The translations under genes were made by a program, and so were the position numbers. Below, piece after piece: positions 7,964-17,095 of a DNA stretch of 29,842 bases (position 1 is its first letter; the number at the start of each line of letters is the position of its first letter). The notes below the pieces were generated by a model. That model did no database searches. It was not told where the DNA came from and saw nothing but the letters and a program-made list of their open reading frames with translations. Source of the stretch: an uncultured Dehalococcoidaceae bacterium (GTDB taxonomy: Bacteria; Chloroflexota; Dehalococcoidia; Dehalococcoidales; RBG-16-60-22); contig CAYPYL010000001.1 of assembly GCA_964414605.1 (NCBI GenBank), forward strand, positions 1 through 29,842, given 5' to 3'.

Positions 7964-8082
7964 AACCGGCAGACTAAACCCCTGAATTTACGAAAATATA
8001 CCCTGACAATGGGATTAACGAAAAATGAACGGACGGCGTTACGGAGGAGCGGCAGTTTGTATGATTCCGGGTCAGGCGAAGA

Positions 8083-8736
8083 CTAAAGAGTGATGATACC
8101 CTTACGCAGAGCGGCTTTAACCAGTTCGACGCGGTTATGGACACCCAGCTTCAGCATGAGATTGGTCTTGTGCCCTTCCACGGTCTTGGGGGTTATGACC
8201 AGGATATTCGCTATTTCCTGTGTGCTGCGGCCTTCCGCGAGCAACTTGAATACCTCGCGCTCGCGTGTTGTTAATCTGTTATACGGGTCCTGCATCGTAC
8301 GTTGGCCGGCGGAGTCCCGATAGTTGTCCACCATCAGCTTGGTAACGGACGGCGAAAGGTAAGAGTCCCCCCGGAAGACCGAGCGTATCCCCACCGTGAG
8401 TTCCGAAGACGCCGCCGCCTTACTGATAAATCCGGAGGCGCCTGACTCGATAACCGGAAAGAAATACTCTTTATCATCGTACTGGGTAAGGACAAGCACT
8501 TTGGTCCTCGGGAATTCTTTACTTATGCGGCGCGTTGCCTCCAGACCGCCCATCACCGGCATGGCAATATCCATGAGCACAACATCAGGGTCCAGCTCCC
8601 GCACCTTGTCCAGTGCTTCGTTGCCGTTGGTAGCTTCTCCCACTACCTCGATATCACCGGATAATGCCAGCAGGGCGCTAATGCCGTCGCGTATGATGGT
8701 ATGGTCGTCAACTACCAGCACTCTTATCTTTTGCAT
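8083..8736 (-). CDS. NarL/FixJ-family response regulator (REC + LuxR-type HTH)
   Basis: VLVVDDH, PDVVLMDIAMP, LTTREREVFKLLAEGRSTQEIA, TPKTVEGHKTNLMLKL. Confidence 0.95.
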   Translation of the reverse strand: MQKIRVLVVDDHTIIRDGISALLALSGDIEVVGEATNGNEALDKVRELDPDVVLMDIAMPVMGGLEATRRISKEFPRTKVLVLTQYDDKEYFFPVIESGASGFISKAAASSELTVGIRSVFRGDSYLSPSVTKLMVDNYRDSAGQRTMQDPYNRLTTREREVFKLLAEGRSTQEIANILVITPKTVEGHKTNLMLKLGVHNRVELVKAALRKGIITL

Positions 8737-9970
8737 ATGCTATTTCCTGTCCGACCGGTATCCTGGCCCAGACCTTGGTACCCTTCCCCGGTTCAGATTC
8801 GATTCCGCTGGTGCCGCCGAGAAAACCGATTCTCTCCCTCATGCTGAACAGACCGCGCCCCCGACCGCTCTCCTCTACATCGGTAATTTCTGACACGTTA
8901 AATCCCTGGCCGTCATCGGTAATGGTGAGTATAAATTCATCCTGCCTGAATTCCAGTATCATGGCAGCATTCTTTGCTTTGGAATGTTTGACGATGTTGC
9001 CGATGGCGCTCTGGACGAAACGGAAAAGGGCTGCCTCGACATCAGGTGGAAACCTCATTTCTTTGCCTTTTGTCTCTATGGTCACGTTGATTTCAAGCAA
9101 CTGCAACCTGGACTCCACGTTCTGGCGAATCGCCGGTACCAGTCCCAGCGTATCCAGTAAAGCCGGGTGCAGGTTGGATATCAGCCGACTTACCTCGTTG
9201 TGCACCTGCACGGTCAATGCCTGTACCTTTTTCAGTCCGGCGGTAAATTCAGGCTCATGCTGGCCGGACATGGCGGATAACTCAATCAATGCCTGCAACT
9301 GTAGGGCTATCCCGGAAAGCGATTGACTGGTCTCGTCGTGAAGTTCGCGGGCTATCCTTCTCCTCTCGTCCTCCTCCGCCATCAGGTTCTGGCGGGCGAG
9401 CCTGCGCAGCCTCTCCCGCGCTTTCCTCAAGCGCTCGTACAGTCTGGCGTGTTCTACGGCGATGCCGAGCTGGTCGCCGATAGCGTAAAGCAGATGCATA
9501 TCGCTGGTGGTAAATTTACGGGACTCGCGACTGGCCACGTTCAGAACGCCCAATACCTTATCCCTGGCCCGGAGGGGCACACATACATATGCCTTCAGCC
9601 CCTCCGCCGCAACCATCTCCCGATGTGCCACCCGCGGGTCCGCGGAGATATCTTCGAGGAGAATAGCCTTGCCGGTCTTGGCCACGCTGCCGGAAATACC
9701 TTCGCCCAGGCTCAAACTTACATTCTCCACGAATTCCTTGCTTAGACCGCGATGTACTACGTGGGAGAGTTCCTGGGTGAGTTCATCGATGAGTAATATC
9801 TCACCGATGGTCCCGTTCATGATATCCAGGGTGCTGTCAAGACCGACACCGAGAATGGCATTTAAGTCCCAAAGGCCGCTTAACGCCGCCGATATCCTGC
9901 TTAATACCAGAAGCTCGGACTGCTGCCCGCCCTTTTTCACTTTTAGCCCATGCGTCCCAGAGGAGTTCAT
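8708..9970 (-). CDS. Cytoplasmic GAF + HisKA_3 + HATPase sensor histidine kinase
   Basis: GAF (VPLRARDKVLGVLNV), H-box ERRRIARELHDETSQ, NIVKHS, DDGQGF, GRGLFSM, GKGT. No transmembrane segment seen. ATG 9970 preferred over TTG 9994. Confidence 0.92.
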   Translation of the reverse strand: MNSSGTHGLKVKKGGQQSELLVLSRISAALSGLWDLNAILGVGLDSTLDIMNGTIGEILLIDELTQELSHVVHRGLSKEFVENVSLSLGEGISGSVAKTGKAILLEDISADPRVAHREMVAAEGLKAYVCVPLRARDKVLGVLNVASRESRKFTTSDMHLLYAIGDQLGIAVEHARLYERLRKARERLRRLARQNLMAEEDERRRIARELHDETSQSLSGIALQLQALIELSAMSGQHEPEFTAGLKKVQALTVQVHNEVSRLISNLHPALLDTLGLVPAIRQNVESRLQLLEINVTIETKGKEMRFPPDVEAALFRFVQSAIGNIVKHSKAKNAAMILEFRQDEFILTITDDGQGFNVSEITDVEESGRGRGLFSMRERIGFLGGTSGIESEPGKGTKVWARIPVGQEIAYAKDKSAGS

Positions 9971-10024
9971 TTTTCCCCACACTCCTCCCCTCAACTATAT
10001 TACGGCAACTATAACGTATCAATT

Positions 10025-10054
10025 AGCCTATAAAAAATATGTGTGTCTTGTCAA
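10025..10054 (-). promoter_or_regulatory. sigma70-like promoter for the kinase/regulator pair (TTGACA-N18-TAGGCT)
   Basis: Perfect -35 at 10054-10049 with a weak -10 at 10030-10025. Confidence 0.4.
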
Positions 10055-10087
10055 TCGTGAAAGGGGAACTCTAACAGCCTGCATAGA

Positions 10088-11308
10088 CTATCCGCTCCTG
10101 ATGCTGCGGATAATTTCACCCAGTTTGGGCCTTTTCCCATACATGAGCAGGTAAATTCTGAAAACCTTGATGGATATATATAATACACCGATGATAGAGA
10201 GTGCCAGTAACACGATGCTGGTAGCCATTTCCCAGGCAGGGATATCGCTGACTCCCAGCCTTAGCATCGCTTCTACGGGAGCCGTGATGGGGAAAATAGT
10301 CAGGACTGTCCAGATTGGGCTTTTCGGGAATATCATCAATAAAGATGAGAACCAGAGGGGTACGATGGCAAACATGGAATAAATCAGGGATAATTGCGTT
10401 CCTTCCCGGGCATTGGGGCTGATGGCGCCGACACCCGCCGAAAGCGCAGTGAACAATAGATATCCCAATATGAAATAGATAATCCCCAGAACGATGAAGT
10501 TAGCCGGTATCTGTATTGTGCTGAAAAAACCGCCGAAAGTGGATGAGGCCAGGTTCAACAGGAGCGGCAGTGAGATAAGCCAGACTACCACCTGTACCAG
10601 ACCAGCTATACCCAGTCCCAACACCTTTCCAGTGAGTAATTGCCGGGTGGTAACGGAGGACAGTAATACCTCAATAAGCCGGCTCTCTTTCTCCTCTCCC
10701 AGTCCCTGTACCATATAGCCGGCAAAGAAATTCAGAGAGAGGGCAAGCAGCAGGCTGAAAATAGCGGGAACAAGGAGATTCGCGAAGCCGCCCTGCTCGG
10801 TAGCCACTGCGCCGGTTTCGGTAAGTCTGGTAGTCGCCAGATATAACGGGGATTCAACGAGCTGAATAATACCGGCAGGCACTTCCCCCGATAAGAGATT
10901 ACTCGTAAGAAAACTCTTTATGGCGGACTGAATTCCCGGGGGTGGTTCCAGCTGTTTCTCCAGAGTATACAGGTTTACTAATCCCGCCGACGTGTAAGAC
11001 GTTGAAATGACGAAATATTCCGAAACGTCGTCCGCGAGTAAGGCAGCCGTCGCCTCATCCTGCGTAGGGTAGCGGACCATCTCGATTGGCCCCTGGGCGG
11101 TATACCGATCGAATCCGCCGATTTCATCAACGTACCCGATGGTAGTCGTTTCTACTTCCGACGGCTCGATGATTGACGATATCAGCTGGACGACGCCTAT
11201 CGCCAGGAGAGCCAGGACCGGCACGATAAGGGTCATCACGATAAATCCTGTCCGCTTTATCGTATGCAGGAATTCGTGCCTGAATATCAGCAGCGTCTTC
11301 CTATCTAT
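10088..11308 (-). CDS. ABC-2 type (NatB-like) permease; probable non-canonical ATA start at 11308
   Basis: EEKESRLIEVLLSSV, LLTGKVLG and multiple TM helices. The frame stays open upstream of the ORF-track start and gives IDRKTLLIFRHEFLHTIKRTGFIVM after SD AAGGAGGT. Confidence 0.88.
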   Translation of the reverse strand: MDRKTLLIFRHEFLHTIKRTGFIVMTLIVPVLALLAIGVVQLISSIIEPSEVETTTIGYVDEIGGFDRYTAQGPIEMVRYPTQDEATAALLADDVSEYFVISTSYTSAGLVNLYTLEKQLEPPPGIQSAIKSFLTSNLLSGEVPAGIIQLVESPLYLATTRLTETGAVATEQGGFANLLVPAIFSLLLALSLNFFAGYMVQGLGEEKESRLIEVLLSSVTTRQLLTGKVLGLGIAGLVQVVVWLISLPLLLNLASSTFGGFFSTIQIPANFIVLGIIYFILGYLLFTALSAGVGAISPNAREGTQLSLIYSMFAIVPLWFSSLLMIFPKSPIWTVLTIFPITAPVEAMLRLGVSDIPAWEMATSIVLLALSIIGVLYISIKVFRIYLLMYGKRPKLGEIIRSIRSG

Positions 11309-12195
11309 TTTTTCGCCACCTCCTTCAGGAATATCTCGTTAAGCGAGGGAGTGGCCATCTCAAAACGATTGATGACTATACCGCGGCTTACCAGCTGCTC
11401 CAGGATTTGTTGAGGGGTTGTCTTCTCATCCAGCAACAGTTCGACGTAGCCCTTGTGCTGGCGTTTCCCGGTAACCCCGGATACGTCACCCAGTTCACCT
11501 TCGGTATTAACGAAAACCGAATTGCCTCTGTATTTCGACTTTATTTCAGCCAGGTCACCGTAAAGGACGGCGCGCCCGTTGTTTACCATCAGGATACGGT
11601 CGCACAGTTCCTCCACCTGGTTCATCTGATGAGCGCTCAAGACGACGGCTTTACCCTGATTCTTCAAGTCGACACATATCTCTCTCAACAGCTCTACGTT
11701 CACCGGGTCGAGGCCGGAAAATGGCTCGTCCAGAATAACCAGCTGCGGGTCATGCGTGATAGTAACAACGAACTGAATAATCTGACTCATACCCTTGCTC
11801 ATTTCCTCGATTTTCTTTCCCTTATTGGTTAACATGCCTGTTTTTTCGAGCAGTTCGCTGGCCCTTTCTTCCGCCCGATGCCGGTCCATGCCCTTAAGGG
11901 AAGCAAGGTATATTATTGTTTCAAGGACTTTCAGTTTTTTATACAGGCCTCTTTCCTCGGGCAGGTAGCCGAGGTTATTCTGGGCATCTTCACCGAACTT
12001 CTTGCCGAAGACAAATACCTCACCCGAATCCGGTCTGATGATGTCCATCGCCATCCTGATTGTCGTGGTCTTGCCCGCGCCGTTGGGGCCTATCAGACCG
12101 AATATCTCGCCCTGATTGACCGAGAAAGACAGGTCATCAACAGCGATTTTATCCGCAAATGTCTTGACTACATGGCTGACTTTAACTGCCTGCAT
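11305..12195 (-). CDS. ABC transporter ATP-binding subunit (NatA-like)
   Basis: Walker A GPNGAGKTT, signature MSKGM, Walker B VILDEP, H-loop SAH. Confidence 0.95.
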   Translation of the reverse strand: MQAVKVSHVVKTFADKIAVDDLSFSVNQGEIFGLIGPNGAGKTTTIRMAMDIIRPDSGEVFVFGKKFGEDAQNNLGYLPEERGLYKKLKVLETIIYLASLKGMDRHRAEERASELLEKTGMLTNKGKKIEEMSKGMSQIIQFVVTITHDPQLVILDEPFSGLDPVNVELLREICVDLKNQGKAVVLSAHQMNQVEELCDRILMVNNGRAVLYGDLAEIKSKYRGNSVFVNTEGELGDVSGVTGKRQHKGYVELLLDEKTTPQQILEQLVSRGIVINRFEMATPSLNEIFLKEVAKK

Positions 12196-12217
12196 TACAT
12201 GAACACCTTAATTCCAT

Positions 12218-12226
12218 ATTATATCA
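12218..12226 (-). promoter_or_regulatory. Extended -10 promoter (TGATATAAT) of the ABC operon
   Basis: Perfect TG-n-TATAAT about 22 nt upstream of ATG 12195. Confidence 0.65.
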
Positions 12227-12451
12227 TATTGTTAAGAACGCCAGTTACTTAATAACACGTCATCATCCGGCGTACCCCACGCTGTTGCATACACGATGAA
12301 AACCAGTTTTCGAACCGGAATTTGGCTTGGTGACTTAACGCGGGAGTCTCCAGCCAGACCGTGCTAGAGAAAAAGTAGAACTCTCCATATATTTTGAATT
12401 TAGCGCTTACCCCGGCCCCCCCCAATCAGGCTATAGTTACGCTAACCAATC

Positions 12452-12480
12452 TTGACAAAGGGCGATTCTAGCAGTACCTT
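12452..12480 (+). promoter_or_regulatory. sigma70-like promoter (TTGACA-N17-TACCTT) for the right-hand kinase/regulator pair
   Basis: Perfect -35, 17-nt spacer and a TAnnnT -10 just upstream of the kinase start. Confidence 0.55.
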
Positions 12481-12492
12481 TATTCATACAAG

Positions 12493-14121
12493 GTGGATGT
12501 GGAGATGGGTACGAAAAAAGCAGAGACGTCCGAGCCTATAGACTCCGGGCTGAAAGTTGACCTACAGGAAATAATCGATGCCGTAGAAGACGAGCTTCTG
12601 CTAGTCGACCCCGATTACCGTGTCAGGTTCGCTAATGCAGCTATGCTCAATAAATACCAGACCAAAGGCGATTCGCCTATCGGCAAGTTGTGCTATAAGG
12701 TCTTTCATAACAGGAACACTCCCTGCCATGAACCTTTTTGGGACTGCCCCCTGCAACAGGTCGTTGAAAGCGGGAACATGACGACGGTTATTCATCCTGT
12801 CAACCAGCCCGGAGTTCATGGTTACGTAAAAATCACGGCATATCCTATTTTTGACAAGCAGGGCAAGACCAGAGCCATGGTGGAATTGCGGAGGGATGTC
12901 ACCGCGGAAAGAGAACTGGAAACGCAGATTCTCAGGCGACATCATCAACTTTTAGCATTGAGTCATATCTCGGGTGCCGTGAGCGGACTGTATGATCTGG
13001 ATACCATTTTAAAGACTGCACTGGATGATGTGCTAGAGCTTGTTAACAGCGACATCGGAGGCATTTTACTCTTTGATGAAGAGTCCCAGACCTTGAGCTA
13101 TCGGGTACAGCGTGGATTATCCGCAAAATACACCGAAGAGGCTAAAATACCCCTGGGTAAGAGCATCGCGGGACAGGCGGCAGAAATCGGCGAGCCCATA
13201 ATAGTGGAGGATATTTCCAAGGACCCGCGTATCACCCGGCCGGAGCTAGTTATCGCCGAGGGACTCAAAGGATTTGTGAGTATTCCCCTTAAGGCGAAGG
13301 AAAAAGTGACCGGGGTAATGAATATCGCCAGCCACGTGGCAAACCGTTTTGCCGCCGACGAGGTCTCTTTACTCAAGTCGATTGGCGATTATCTGGGTAC
13401 GGCAATTGAGCAGGCAAGACTCTACGATAGGCTGGCGCAGGCGGGAGAAAGATATCGGGCGCTTCTACAACACGCCCTGACGGCACAGGAACAGGAACGA
13501 AAGAGGATAGCCCGCGAATTACACGACGACACCAGCCAGGCGATTACCAGCCTGACCTTAAGCCTCCAGGCGATAATGACGATTGCGGAGATGAAGGGTA
13601 TCGGGGATGCCGAATTTATAGAGAAGGTCAAAGCGACGCACTCCTTCGCGGTTCACGCCGGCCATGAAATCGTGAGGCTAATGAAAGAACTCCGGCCCAG
13701 CCTGCTGGATGAGCTCGGTATGCCGGCGGCGATACACCGTTACGCCAAGGACACGCTTCAGTCTCATGGAATCAACGTATCTTCTGAATTTAATGGTACG
13801 GAAAAGAGGTTCCCGCCAGAGGTCGAAGTGACTCTTTTCCGGGTGGCGCAGGGACTAATCGGCAATATCCTGGAACACTCCGAAGCGAAGAATACCCTGG
13901 TTAAACTGGAATGTGATGAAAATGAGTGTACGCTGTATATAGAGGACGATGGCAAAGGCTTTGATGTGAAGAAACTAACGCGGGTTGACCCCAGCGGAAG
14001 GGGGGCGGGTTTGTTCACTCTCAAGGAGAGGGTAAGTCTGGCCGGAGGACACTGCCATATCGACTCCCGTCCGGGGCAGGGCACCAAGGTAACCGTAAAA
14101 ATACCGCTTGTGGAAATTTAA
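12493..14121 (+). CDS. Cytoplasmic PAS (Cys-motif) + GAF + HisKA_3 + HATPase sensor histidine kinase
   Basis: PAS (VDPDYRVRFAN...GKLCYKVF...RDVT), GAF (IPLKAKEKVTGVMNI), H-box ERKRIARELHDDTSQ, DDGKGF, GAGLF, GQGT. Confidence 0.92.
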   Translation: MDVEMGTKKAETSEPIDSGLKVDLQEIIDAVEDELLLVDPDYRVRFANAAMLNKYQTKGDSPIGKLCYKVFHNRNTPCHEPFWDCPLQQVVESGNMTTVIHPVNQPGVHGYVKITAYPIFDKQGKTRAMVELRRDVTAERELETQILRRHHQLLALSHISGAVSGLYDLDTILKTALDDVLELVNSDIGGILLFDEESQTLSYRVQRGLSAKYTEEAKIPLGKSIAGQAAEIGEPIIVEDISKDPRITRPELVIAEGLKGFVSIPLKAKEKVTGVMNIASHVANRFAADEVSLLKSIGDYLGTAIEQARLYDRLAQAGERYRALLQHALTAQEQERKRIARELHDDTSQAITSLTLSLQAIMTIAEMKGIGDAEFIEKVKATHSFAVHAGHEIVRLMKELRPSLLDELGMPAAIHRYAKDTLQSHGINVSSEFNGTEKRFPPEVEVTLFRVAQGLIGNILEHSEAKNTLVKLECDENECTLYIEDDGKGFDVKKLTRVDPSGRGAGLFTLKERVSLAGGHCHIDSRPGQGTKVTVKIPLVEI

Positions 14122-14124
14122 CGT

Positions 14125-14778
14125 ATGAAGAAAATAAAGGTATTGATAGTTGATGACCATACCCTGGTACGGGCCGGAATACGTTCCCTGCTGATGCTCG
14201 TCGATGATATCGAAGTAGTCGGCGAGGCATCGGACGGTAAAGAAGCCCTGACAAAGGTAAGGCAACTCATGCCTGACGTGGTACTCATGGACCTGGCAAT
14301 GCCGGTCATGGGCGGACTCGAAGCCACACGACGTTTACGAAAGGAATTCCCCGGCATAAAGGTACTGGCACTGACACAATATGACGATAGCGAATATGTT
14401 ATTCCCATCATCGAAGCAGGTGCCAGCGGTTTTGTAACTAAGATGTCGGCGTTTACGGAGCTTGCCGCGGCTATCGAAGCCGCCAATAGAGGAGAATCCT
14501 ACCTGTCTTCAACTGCCGCCACGGCTCTTGTCGAGGAATATCAGCAGAAAATACCATCTAACGGCGAACAGGACCCTTACCAGCAGCTAACGGATAGGGA
14601 GAGGGAAGTGATTAAGCTGGTTGCGGAAGGGCATACCAGCCGTGAGATTGCCGAGATACTTATCGTCAGCCCCAAGACGGTGGAGTGGTATAAAAGCAGC
14701 TTGATGAACAAGCTGAACCTCCGCAGCAAGACCGACCTGATTAAGTATGCCATCCGCAAGCGGATAATAACAATATAG
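14125..14778 (+). CDS. NarL/FixJ-family response regulator (REC + LuxR-type HTH)
   Basis: VLIVDDH, PDVVLMDLAMP, LTDREREVIKLVAEGHTSREIA, SPKTVEWYKSSLMNKL. Confidence 0.95.
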   Translation: MKKIKVLIVDDHTLVRAGIRSLLMLVDDIEVVGEASDGKEALTKVRQLMPDVVLMDLAMPVMGGLEATRRLRKEFPGIKVLALTQYDDSEYVIPIIEAGASGFVTKMSAFTELAAAIEAANRGESYLSSTAATALVEEYQQKIPSNGEQDPYQQLTDREREVIKLVAEGHTSREIAEILIVSPKTVEWYKSSLMNKLNLRSKTDLIKYAIRKRIITI

Positions 14779-14836
14779 CCGCATCACAGTGAGCCCCTTA
14801 AACCCAGCGATAGCCAGTACTTTTCCCGGTTGAGAA

Positions 14837-14855
14837 TTAGGGTATTTACCGGTAT
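14837..14855. promoter_or_regulatory. Candidate response-regulator operator TTAGGGTATTTACCGGTAT
   Basis: Shares TAGGG-N-ATTTACC-NNN-AT with 7946-7963; lies upstream of the right redox operon. Confidence 0.5.
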
Positions 14856-14920
14856 ATATTCCAGAGCCGTACCCCCTTGCTTTCCGTTGCATTTCCTATT
14901 GCCTGGTTCCGGCGGTCTGG

Positions 14921-14929
14921 TGGCATAAT
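14921..14929 (+). promoter_or_regulatory. Possible extended -10 (TGGCATAAT) of the right redox operon
   Basis: TG-n-CATAAT about 57 nt upstream of ATG 14987. Confidence 0.35.
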
Positions 14930-14986
14930 TAAGTAGTATATTAACCGTCGATTGTTGCCACTCAACAGAGATTGAGGTGTTTGCTG

Positions 14987-17095
14987 ATGAATGTGGTTAA
15001 CAAGAAATCGCCGGAAAATTATCAGGAAAGCGCTCTAGACCACAGCCTGGTACCTCCCTGCCAGGATGTCTGCCCCCTGCATATGGATATCAGAGAATAT
15101 GTCGGGCTGGTTTCTCAAGGCAGGATTATGGAGGCGCTCCAGGTCATCAGAACGGGCAACCCTTTCCCATCTATTTGCGCTTACGTATGCACGCATCCCT
15201 GTGAAGAAGCCTGCCGGCGCTCTCAAGTGGATAAACCCCTCGCCATCCGCTCCCTGAAAAGGTTCGCCGTGGAATTCGGCGGCGACCGGATGGTGCAGGC
15301 TGAAGCTGAGACCAAGTATACGGAAAAGGTAGCCATTGTGGGCTCCGGGCCAGCCGGTCTGGCCTGCGCTTACTATCAAAAAAAAATGGGCTATCCGGTG
15401 ACTATACTCGAAGCCCATTCCGAACTCGGAGGCATGCTCCGTGTAGGCATCCCCCAGTATAGACTCCCCCGTGAAGTCCTGGATATTGAAGTCCAGAGAC
15501 TTACAAGCATGGGAGTTGAAATCAGGACGAATACCCGGGTGGTGTCCCTGGACCTGCTCTTTGAGCTTGGTTACAAAGCTATCTTCATCACCATCGGCGC
15601 TCATCAGAGTCTCAGAATGGGGATAGAGGGAGAGGAGAGCCCCGGGGTAATAGACGGCGCGACTTTTCTCCGCGAGGTTAACCTCGGGTTGAAGCCGTCC
15701 CTGGGGAGAAAGGTTGCCGTGGTCGGTGGGGGGAACGTAGCCATTGACGCGGCGCGTACAGCAACCCGTCTGGGTGTCAAAAAGGTAAGAATCCTCTACC
15801 GTCGCACCCGCGCGGAAATGCCAGCCGACCCCCAGGAGATAGAACAGGCCTTGGAAGAGGGGATTGAAATCGTTTACCTGGTAATTCCGACGAAAGTTAA
15901 AAGGATAAATAAGAGATTGACGGTAACCTGCGTTAGAATGGAACTCGGCGATCCTGACGAGAGTGGTCGGCAGCGACCGTTACCGGTCAAGGGCAGCGAA
16001 TTTGATGAGAATTATGATACCTTAATCGGTGCTATCGGGCAGGCGCCCCAGACCCCGGACGATTTTGGAGTCCGCATCGGCAGGGGTAGCACGATTCAGG
16101 TCGATCCTGTCACCCTCACCACCAATAGAGCCGGGGTCTTTGCCGGAGGTGATGCCGTCACCGGCCCGGCTACAGTGACCGAAGCTCTGGCGGCCGGCAG
16201 ACTTGCGGCGTCACGCATCGATGATTATCTCCAGCACCGGTATCCACTGCCGATAAGAGATACTAAAGAGAAACTTAGCGGCGACCTCAAGCCGGAAACG
16301 ATAGAGATGATAAAAAAGGTCGAGCGGGTCGAGCCGCCGAGTCTGGATGGCGAAGACCGGACTAAAGACTTCGAAACGGTTGAACTTGTTTATGGATGGG
16401 AACAGGCTATTAACGAGGCGCGGAGGTGCCTGCGATGCGGCGTGGGTGTGGAAATCCTGTTTCAGGATAAGTGTGCCACCTGCCTTACTTGCTTGAGGGT
16501 ATGTCCGTATCACGTGCCTTATCTTGATGAAAGCGGTACCGTTCGTATACCTGCTGACCAGTGCCAGGCTTGCGGTATATGTGTGGCTGAATGCCCTGCC
16601 AAGGCGATAGTCTTGAGAAAGCCGTTTGACCGGCGCCAGGTGAATGATGAGTTGAGTCACACCATAAAACTGGTTGCCGAATCGAAAAATAAGCCGCTTA
16701 TTATTGGTTTCTGTTGCCAGTATGGCCTCTTTGGTACCGGGACTCTGGCCAGGTTGTGGCGGGGTGGCAAAGCGGGCGTCAGTATCGTGCCGGTTCTCTG
16801 CGTTGCCAAGGTGGAGGAGTCCCACCTGTTGGCTGCCTTTGAGATGGGTGCCGAAGGAGTCTTCATCGCGGGGTGCGGGGAGCAGTGCGCTCGCGAAAAT
16901 ACCACCTACTGGGTGCAGCAGCGCGTGGCGAAAGTCAGGAAGATAATGAAGCCGATTGGCCTCGAGCCCGAACGACTCCAGGTTTTCGCTCTCGGCACTA
17001 CCACCGATGACCCCGCCGAAGAATTGGATAAATTCGTTGAGCAACTAAGCGCCCTCCGTTTGACTTCAGTAATAAAGGGGGAGGTGAAAAGTTGA
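14987..17095 (+). CDS. GltD/DsrL-like FAD/NAD(P)H oxidoreductase + 2x[4Fe-4S] ferredoxin + MvhD/FlpD-like domain fusion
   Basis: PPCQDVCP, NPFPSICAYVC, GSGPAG, IPQYRLP, GGGNVAID, YRRT, FAGGD, EARRCLRC, then CATCLTCLRVCP and CQACGICVAECP, then IIGFCCQY...VLC...GAEGVFIAGCGEQC...GLEPERL. SD GAGGTG favours ATG 14987. Confidence 0.88.
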   Translation: MNVVNKKSPENYQESALDHSLVPPCQDVCPLHMDIREYVGLVSQGRIMEALQVIRTGNPFPSICAYVCTHPCEEACRRSQVDKPLAIRSLKRFAVEFGGDRMVQAEAETKYTEKVAIVGSGPAGLACAYYQKKMGYPVTILEAHSELGGMLRVGIPQYRLPREVLDIEVQRLTSMGVEIRTNTRVVSLDLLFELGYKAIFITIGAHQSLRMGIEGEESPGVIDGATFLREVNLGLKPSLGRKVAVVGGGNVAIDAARTATRLGVKKVRILYRRTRAEMPADPQEIEQALEEGIEIVYLVIPTKVKRINKRLTVTCVRMELGDPDESGRQRPLPVKGSEFDENYDTLIGAIGQAPQTPDDFGVRIGRGSTIQVDPVTLTTNRAGVFAGGDAVTGPATVTEALAAGRLAASRIDDYLQHRYPLPIRDTKEKLSGDLKPETIEMIKKVERVEPPSLDGEDRTKDFETVELVYGWEQAINEARRCLRCGVGVEILFQDKCATCLTCLRVCPYHVPYLDESGTVRIPADQCQACGICVAECPAKAIVLRKPFDRRQVNDELSHTIKLVAESKNKPLIIGFCCQYGLFGTGTLARLWRGGKAGVSIVPVLCVAKVEESHLLAAFEMGAEGVFIAGCGEQCARENTTYWVQQRVAKVRKIMKPIGLEPERLQVFALGTTTDDPAEELDKFVEQLSALRLTSVIKGEVKS

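Noticed and set aside
10088-12195. ABC transporter as a functional part of the MetVF system
   Set aside because: It has its own promoter, belongs to a generic NatAB-like exporter family and has no substrate-binding protein. Only position links it to the system, and synteny data would be needed.
15378-15386. A9 run in the GltD-MvhD gene and C8 run at 12416-12423 as phase-variation tracts
   Set aside because: Both are short. The A9 run is in frame (Q-K-K-M) and the C8 run lies outside the promoter spacer. There is no evidence of length variation.
14987-17095. Annotation as glutamate synthase small subunit (gltD), DsrL or HdrA
   Set aside because: There is no gltB, dsrAB or hdrBC in the window, the HdrA-type FAD/Cys motifs are not seen, and the protein has an extra MvhD domain.
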